From assembly GCA_001774555.1 (NCBI GenBank), contig MFAI01000018.1:873-60953 (forward strand): DNA of 60,081 bases, in the 5' to 3' direction. The number at the start of each line of letters is the position of its first letter. The first letter of the stretch is position 1. The position numbers and the translations under genes are program-made. The notes under the pieces are model-generated. The model searched no databases. It was not told the origin of the DNA and saw only the letters and a list, made by a program, of their open reading frames with translations. Below, piece by piece: positions 55,341-60,081 of the stretch. The stretch is from Candidatus Collierbacteria bacterium RIFCSPLOWO2_01_FULL_50_23 (GTDB lineage: Bacteria > Patescibacteriota > Microgenomatia > UBA1400 > MFAQ01).

Positions 55341-56836
55341 ACCTTTTCCGTAGTCCGGTACTCGATGTAGCGCCCCATCATTAGCCGGGTATGGGCATCC
55401 AATCCGGGTAGGGCGGTAAAAAAGAAACCGACGATCGGAAGCAGGACGAATTCGAATGGAGAAAGAATCTTCCTCCATAGTGGCACACCTGCGATTTTTG
55501 GTTTCGACCGCCAGTCGACGAAAATCACCACCAATAGGCTGACCATGCTTACCGTGAGAATCGCCGAAGATACTTGAGGTAGGGTTTTCCCGATTACGGT
55601 TCTGCTAAAGTTTTCATTCAGTAGCGGTGGCAGGGTTGCCCCGAGAGTTAGGATAAACCAGTTCACCGGCCAGAGAAAATGGTCTTCCAGAACCTTGAGT
55701 ACTCTGATCGTCTTGTCCCAAAAAGGCGCTTTGGTGTCCAGGATATATTGCTTGATAATATAGGCATCATCGGAAGCACCCCAGGCCCATCGTTTGACCT
55801 GCTCGTAGGTATTTACGAAAGTTTTCCAAAAACCAATTGATTCCGCCGCGTCCGCCAGTATCGGTAGGAAAACAGGCTCGACCTCGACCTCGCCACCAGT
55901 TTTGAAATAAGCTTTGAAAAAAATGCGGTAGTCTTCGGGAATGACATCGGCATCCCAGCCTCCGATTTCAGAAAGCAGATGCCAACTTAGGGTATAAGTG
56001 GAGAAGTTGATCAGTCTGTCTGGCCGCATCAATAGTCCCATGTAGACCACGCTGGCAACTCGGTTGAAGACCCGCATTGGCCAGGCGATCTTGTCGATGT
56101 TGTTGTAAAACATGATTGCCCCCTGCCAAATCCGTCGGTATCTTGCCGGATTGTCCAGAAACTTGAAGGTGATCGCCGCGAAATGATTTGGGTGAAACAC
56201 AACGTCTGCATCCGCAGAGGAAACCGTCAGCATCTCCGGATTCCAGTTTTTATGTTTCTTAATTTCAACTGCGAGTTGACTCGCCCCCCAGGCCGAGTTT
56301 GAAGATTTCCCCACTACCTCACCCGTTAAACCAGAAGGATGGTGGGTAAACATCAGCTTGGCAAACACCCCGGAAAACTTTTCGCGCAACATTTTTTCTA
56401 TTTGGCGGTTAGCATCTTTCCCCGCCCTTGTCTCGAAAGCGACCACGGGGATGATTTGTTTTGCACCTAGTGTTTGATTCGCTAGTGCGCTGAGCGTTCT
56501 TGCCAGGATCATCCCCGGTTCTTTGTAATTTGGGATAATCACCGCGTGGTAAACTTTTTTCCAATCGGGGAAACCGGCCGCGTCCCCCATCCAGTCATAG
56601 GTCTCGTTCGCCCGAATCCGAAAATGGGCCAAAAGTGACAAGCCAGCCAGAGCCAGGGATCGGTAAAGCCAGTAGACGTCAAAAGCGATGATATAGTAAG
56701 CCACTGCCAGGGGAGTCAAAAATGATCCCCAGACCGGGAAAAGGATCAAGCTCCAGCTCATGAAACCAGGTAAAATCTCCAAAGCTCTCTGGGAAAAGCG
56801 GGGATATCGCTTGATCAGCCAGCGAAGAATAAACAT
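55337..56836 (-). CDS. membrane-integrated processive family-2 glycosyltransferase (synthase-like)
   Basis: VIIPNYKEPGMILARTLSALANQT, SADADVV (DxD-like) and EQVKRWAWG (QxxRW), with flanking TM segments. Confidence 0.65.
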   Translation of the reverse strand: MFILRWLIKRYPRFSQRALEILPGFMSWSLILFPVWGSFLTPLAVAYYIIAFDVYWLYRSLALAGLSLLAHFRIRANETYDWMGDAAGFPDWKKVYHAVIIPNYKEPGMILARTLSALANQTLGAKQIIPVVAFETRAGKDANRQIEKMLREKFSGVFAKLMFTHHPSGLTGEVVGKSSNSAWGASQLAVEIKKHKNWNPEMLTVSSADADVVFHPNHFAAITFKFLDNPARYRRIWQGAIMFYNNIDKIAWPMRVFNRVASVVYMGLLMRPDRLINFSTYTLSWHLLSEIGGWDADVIPEDYRIFFKAYFKTGGEVEVEPVFLPILADAAESIGFWKTFVNTYEQVKRWAWGASDDAYIIKQYILDTKAPFWDKTIRVLKVLEDHFLWPVNWFILTLGATLPPLLNENFSRTVIGKTLPQVSSAILTVSMVSLLVVIFVDWRSKPKIAGVPLWRKILSPFEFVLLPIVGFFFTALPGLDAHTRLMMGRYIEYRTTEKV

Positions 56837-57624
56837 TCTGCGTTTTCAGTTGTTTGATTAATTAAAGTCTCGGGATCGATTCCTAGCAATTTTGCGATGT
56901 ATTCGACCAGTATTGTAACATTTATAGGCTCGTTTAAGCTACCACGGACCGGTTCCGGAGCCAAATAAGGCGAATCGGTCTCCAAAAGTAGCTTGTCGAG
57001 GGGCACTTTTTGAATAAGCTCCCGCAAGTCCCCGGCCGATTTGTAGGTAATGTTACCGCAAAAGCTGACACAAAATCCCTTCTTGAGGACCAGCTCCAGA
57101 AGCAGGTCGCTTCCTGCCCAGCAATGGAGTTGCCCCCTGGGCAGCCTCTCCATCTGCGTTAGGACCTGTGTCATTTCTGTTTCCGCTCCTCTCATGTGAA
57201 TTACCACCGGCAATACTAGCTCCATCGCCAGTTCCAGTTGCTCCTGGAAGAGTCTCATCTGGATCTCCCGACTCCTTCTTTCTTTGTCATAATAGAAGTC
57301 CAGTCCTATCTCTCCAATTCCGATCACCTTGCTTGACGACTCGGCCAGCTCCCGCAGTCGGTTTGTCCAATCTCCACCCGCTGCCAACCACTCATCGCGG
57401 TACTCCGGAGTTGTTTCACCCACCAAAACTTCCGGGTGTATTCCTACCATTGCCCAAACACCTTCGTGTTTGAGCGCAATCTCAATCGCCTTTTTGCCAT
57501 CGAGAAGGCCGCCCGTCGGCACCAATATTTTCTCCACACCGGCTTTCCTGGCCCGGGAAATTACCTCACTGACCTGATTAACCAGTTTTTTATCGGTCAG
57601 ATGGCAATGCGTATCAATCAACAT
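56815..57624 (-). CDS. tatD: TatD-family metal-dependent hydrolase
   Basis: MLIDTHCHL...IGEIGLDFYY...LPVVIHMR...LLETDSPYL. Confidence 0.85.
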   Translation of the reverse strand: MLIDTHCHLTDKKLVNQVSEVISRARKAGVEKILVPTGGLLDGKKAIEIALKHEGVWAMVGIHPEVLVGETTPEYRDEWLAAGGDWTNRLRELAESSSKVIGIGEIGLDFYYDKERRSREIQMRLFQEQLELAMELVLPVVIHMRGAETEMTQVLTQMERLPRGQLHCWAGSDLLLELVLKKGFCVSFCGNITYKSAGDLRELIQKVPLDKLLLETDSPYLAPEPVRGSLNEPINVTILVEYIAKLLGIDPETLINQTTENAECLFFAG

Positions 57625-57635
57625 ATTAAACGAGC

Positions 57636-57672
57636 CACTCCCGAGGTGGTCCGAAGGAATTCCTCGGGAGTG
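57636..57672 (-). promoter_or_regulatory. perfect 11-bp hairpin in the tatD 5' leader that contains the only SD-like sequence
   Basis: cactcccgagg (57636-57646) pairs with cctcgggagtg (57662-57672), with a 15-nt loop. On the mRNA the GGGAG lies about 14 nt before the ATG, inside the 3' arm. Confidence 0.45.
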
Positions 57673-57707
57673 ACAATACTTTAAGTATAATCTTATCGCT
57701 GGCGTCG

Positions 57708-57734
57708 AGAAAACCTCGGCCTCTCAGGCCGAGG
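57708..57734 (-). terminator. intrinsic terminator-like hairpin (second of a tandem pair after metG)
   Basis: Stem cctcggcc/ggccgagg with loop tctca. On the minus strand it is followed by TTTTCT. Confidence 0.55.
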
Positions 57735-57771
57735 ATGAAAGACGCACTAAGGATATTTCTTCCTTGGCGAG

Positions 57772-57796
57772 AAACCCACGGCCTTTCAGGCCGGGG
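57772..57796 (-). terminator. terminator-like hairpin (first after the metG stop), paralogous to 57708-57734
   Basis: Stem cccacggcc/ggccgggg with one mismatch, loop tttca, and a weak T run (TTTC). The flank gagaaacc is shared with the other copy. Confidence 0.4.
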
Positions 57797-57816
57797 AGTT
57801 TCATCTATGTCCCAGG

Positions 57817-59229
57817 TTATTTTAGGCGGGGGAAAAGGATCTCAGATTTCTTTATCGTTGGTCCGGCAAAAGTTTTCAGAATTTTTCCTGCAGTTTCCGG
57901 CAAGAACGGCTGTAAATCAGTTCCTATTTGTCTGAGTCGGTCGACCAAATCGATCAGGGCGACTTTTTGCTTATCTCCGGTTAGTTTCCAAACTTGTTTT
58001 TCGTTGATCACGGTGTCCGTTTTTTTGATATCTTCCCAAATCAAGGTCATAGCCTCGTCAAAAGTCCAGCCATACGTCATTGTTACCACCTGATCACTAA
58101 CTTTCATATCCTTTTCTTCTACCGCCAGGCCGGCATTTTCGACCATCGTCGAAACCCTGGCCACCAGATTGCCCAGGCCATTTGCCAAATCGGCGTTATA
58201 AGCCTCCTCAAACTTTTCAGCGGTGATATCACTGTCTTCAAAAGAAGAGAACTTGGCCAAGATGTAGTACCTTACCGCCTCAGTCCCATACTTTTCGACG
58301 TACTCGATCGGGTCGATCACATTCCCCAGACTCTTACTCATCTTCTGGCCCCCTGAATTGATGAAGCCCTCAACAAAAACCTGCTTCGAAGTTGGCAAGC
58401 CGGCACTCATCAGCATTGCCTGCCACATCGCCGTCTGCTGGCGTAAGTTGTCCTTGCCGGCAATCTGTATTCCCGGCCACCATTCCCCAAACTTTTTTTC
58501 GTCTTCAGGCCAGCCAAGTGCCGAAATATAGCTAGTCAAAGCGTCGAACCAAACATATTCAACGTGATCGGGGTCATCTGGAACGTCCACCCCCCAAGGC
58601 ATCCTCGTCTTCAGGCGGGAGATTGAGAAGTCAGTAAGACTCTTAGCCACAAATTCTTTGATTTCCTCTTGACGGAAACGCGGCACTATAAAGTCTGGCT
58701 GGCTATCATACAAATCAATCAACCATCTCTGGTATTTTGAGAAACGGAAGAAGTAGTTTTCCTCGTCTCGAATTTCCAGCTCCATTTTTGGGTGAAGCGG
58801 ACATTTGCCCCCGACCAACTCCGAATCCGTTTTTTCCAATTCACAACCAATGCAATATTTCATCTGGTACTTCGTTTTGTAGATATCGCCATTGGCCTTG
58901 CACCTTCTCCAGATTTCCTGTGCCGCCTTGATATGGTGTTCATCGGTAGTTCTGATGAAATTGTCATAGCTCAGATTCAAAGCCTTTTTTAAAAGCTCAA
59001 ATTTCGCTGCCCACTCATCGACATAATTCTGTGGCGTCTGATTTGCCTTCAACGCTTCCTGATAAATTTTTTGTCCGTGTTCATCCGTTCCTGTATTAAA
59101 AAAGACTTCATCTCCGATCAGGCGGTGTACTCGCGCCATTGCATCAGCTCGGACGATCTCCATCGCGAAACCGATGTGCGGAGATGAATTCACATAAGGC
59201 AAGGTGGTCGTGATATAAAACTTCCCCAT
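57817..59229 (-). CDS. metG: methionyl-tRNA synthetase (minimal form, no C-terminal tRNA-binding domain)
   Basis: FYITTTLPYVNSSPHIGFA (HIGH), KMSKSLGN, and the zinc knuckle CIGCE...GGKCPLH. Confidence 0.9.
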   Translation of the reverse strand: MGKFYITTTLPYVNSSPHIGFAMEIVRADAMARVHRLIGDEVFFNTGTDEHGQKIYQEALKANQTPQNYVDEWAAKFELLKKALNLSYDNFIRTTDEHHIKAAQEIWRRCKANGDIYKTKYQMKYCIGCELEKTDSELVGGKCPLHPKMELEIRDEENYFFRFSKYQRWLIDLYDSQPDFIVPRFRQEEIKEFVAKSLTDFSISRLKTRMPWGVDVPDDPDHVEYVWFDALTSYISALGWPEDEKKFGEWWPGIQIAGKDNLRQQTAMWQAMLMSAGLPTSKQVFVEGFINSGGQKMSKSLGNVIDPIEYVEKYGTEAVRYYILAKFSSFEDSDITAEKFEEAYNADLANGLGNLVARVSTMVENAGLAVEEKDMKVSDQVVTMTYGWTFDEAMTLIWEDIKKTDTVINEKQVWKLTGDKQKVALIDLVDRLRQIGTDLQPFLPETAGKILKTFAGPTIKKSEILFPRLK

Positions 59230-59230
59230 A

Positions 59231-59572
59231 CTACGAAGAATATTCTACTTGTAATTTCTCCTCGTCGTACTGCAACTCTCCTAATTGTTTCTGGATGTTT
59301 TTCATGGCCGCAGCTAAATGTGGTTTTTGGGAAAAGTCAGGTTGATTGGCGAGTTCCGCCCAGTGAACCCTTAGGTGCCTAGTCCTGTTTTTCAGTCCTT
59401 GCCTGATCATCTCCCACTGGATATGACGACTAAGCGAATGCCACTCCGGGAAAGTCGCCAAAAAATCAGGGTCATATTCGCCCAGATCAATCGCTTTTTG
59501 GAGCGTCATTACCGGCGGAACCGGATTTGCCGCTCCTCCTCCAATAAATTCGCCGCCATCTTCAAACCCCAT
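59231..59572 (-). CDS. hypothetical protein
   Basis: 113 aa. Its stop lies 1 nt before the metG start, so it is probably co-transcribed. Confidence 0.5.
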   Translation of the reverse strand: MGFEDGGEFIGGGAANPVPPVMTLQKAIDLGEYDPDFLATFPEWHSLSRHIQWEMIRQGLKNRTRHLRVHWAELANQPDFSQKPHLAAAMKNIQKQLGELQYDEEKLQVEYSS

Positions 59573-59602
59573 GGCCCAATTTTAACATCGAACTGATTCT
59601 CT

Positions 59603-59640
59603 AAAAAAAAACCCCCTCAGAGATTGCTCTCATCGAGGGT
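59603..59640 (-). terminator. rho-independent terminator
   Basis: Minus strand CCCTCgatgAGAGcaatCTCTGAGGGGG followed by T9. It lies downstream of the 59657-59926 gene. Confidence 0.7.
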
Positions 59641-59656
59641 CGGTAGCGGGGCGAAA

Positions 59657-59926
59657 TTAAAGCTGTTGGTCAATCTGGGCCAAGTAAAGGATTAGGCCCA
59701 CCGCGACAACCACTGCCCAAATTGCGCCCCATGCAAAATAAGCAGCAACCGCCCCAGCGACGATCACAGCTACGCCCGAGCCGATCTTAAAGATCAACAT
59801 GGACCAGCCGCAGTTTTTAGCAGCGGGGATGAACAGCCAGATGACAAAAATAGCCACTGGCCAGAACCATCCCCACGCAAACCCCATGGCAACTAGTGCC
59901 ACGATTTGTAGCGCCCTGCTCAACAT
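59657..59926 (-). CDS. small membrane protein (3 TM)
   Basis: Strong SD (TAAGGAGGTG) 6 nt before the ATG. 89 aa, highly hydrophobic and Trp-rich. Confidence 0.6.
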   Translation of the reverse strand: MLSRALQIVALVAMGFAWGWFWPVAIFVIWLFIPAAKNCGWSMLIFKIGSGVAVIVAGAVAAYFAWGAIWAVVVAVGLILYLAQIDQQL

Positions 59927-60081
59927 GTCACACCTCCTTAGTGTGCGAATCGATCTGTTTGAGATCTGGGGAATACTACCACATCAAGCCGCAATAATCA
60001 AGCTATGGGGTAGAGGCCGTTGAATAACATCTTTTGTCTGTCATTCCCGACCTGATCGGGAATCTATATAGATTCCCACTT

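Noticed and set aside
54528-55478. 316-aa minus-strand ORF
   Set aside because: Antisense to the ABC exporter nucleotide-binding domain and the 3' end of the GT2 gene region. It is a shadow ORF.

Overview
This 60 kb chromosomal window has a compact, mostly housekeeping gene set. The short forms of valS, metG and pgk, the DUF4012, VanW and PrgI/VirB4 families, several M23 peptidases and two small YidC insertases suggest a Patescibacteria (CPR)-type bacterium; that placement is inference only. The standard genetic code fits all long ORFs.

Gene order:
- Left edge: a partial large unknown gene and a vapBC toxin-antitoxin pair.
- About 2.5-11.9 kb: a type IV secretion-like cluster. It holds a PrgI-like protein, a KilA-N remnant, a VirB4-N-like protein, a VirB4 ATPase interrupted by a 577-aa LAGLIDADG intein in its P-loop, a large membrane protein with a C-terminal M23 peptidase, and an anchored protein.
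- About 11.9-19.5 kb: the replication-origin neighbourhood (peptidase-like gene, dnaN, dnaA, then divergent rpmH-rnpA-yidD-yidC-jag), followed by an O-antigen-ligase-like gene and rnhA.
- About 19.7-32.8 kb: DUF4012 protein, rplY, valS, tsaD, a VanW protein, an orphan solute-binding protein, a nucleotidyltransferase, a second YidC and an SPFH protein.
- 32.8-35.6 kb: a VirD4-like coupling ATPase fused to a Nudix domain.
- About 35.6-38.7 kb: small secreted proteins and a deaminase-like plus QueC-like PP-loop gene pair.
- About 38.8-48.4 kb: groES-groEL, a four-gene operon containing an AlkA-like glycosylase and a GreA-like factor, pgk, M23 peptidases, gap, tRNA-Cys and a lipoprotein.
- About 48.4-56.8 kb: an envelope-glycan cluster (UbiA/DPPR-synthase-like, WecA-like, two GT-C, an ABC exporter, a processive GT2).
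- Right end: tatD, metG and small proteins.

I saw no rRNA, CRISPR array, integrase, transposase or relaxase.

Most notable observations:
1. A 36-41 nt palindromic repeat family (CCTGCCCGCA-N16-21-TGCAGGCGGG) has four copies. Three sit in frame inside conserved genes (yidD tail, jag, pgk).
2. The VirB4 P-loop carries an intein.
3. The VirD4-like ATPase is fused to a Nudix domain.
4. A deaminase-like gene and a QueC-like gene form a pair of unknown role.
5. The putative oriC is bipartite.
6. A DPPR-synthase-centred glycan cluster lacks the epimerase genes within the window.

All family calls come from motif recognition by eye. No database search was run.
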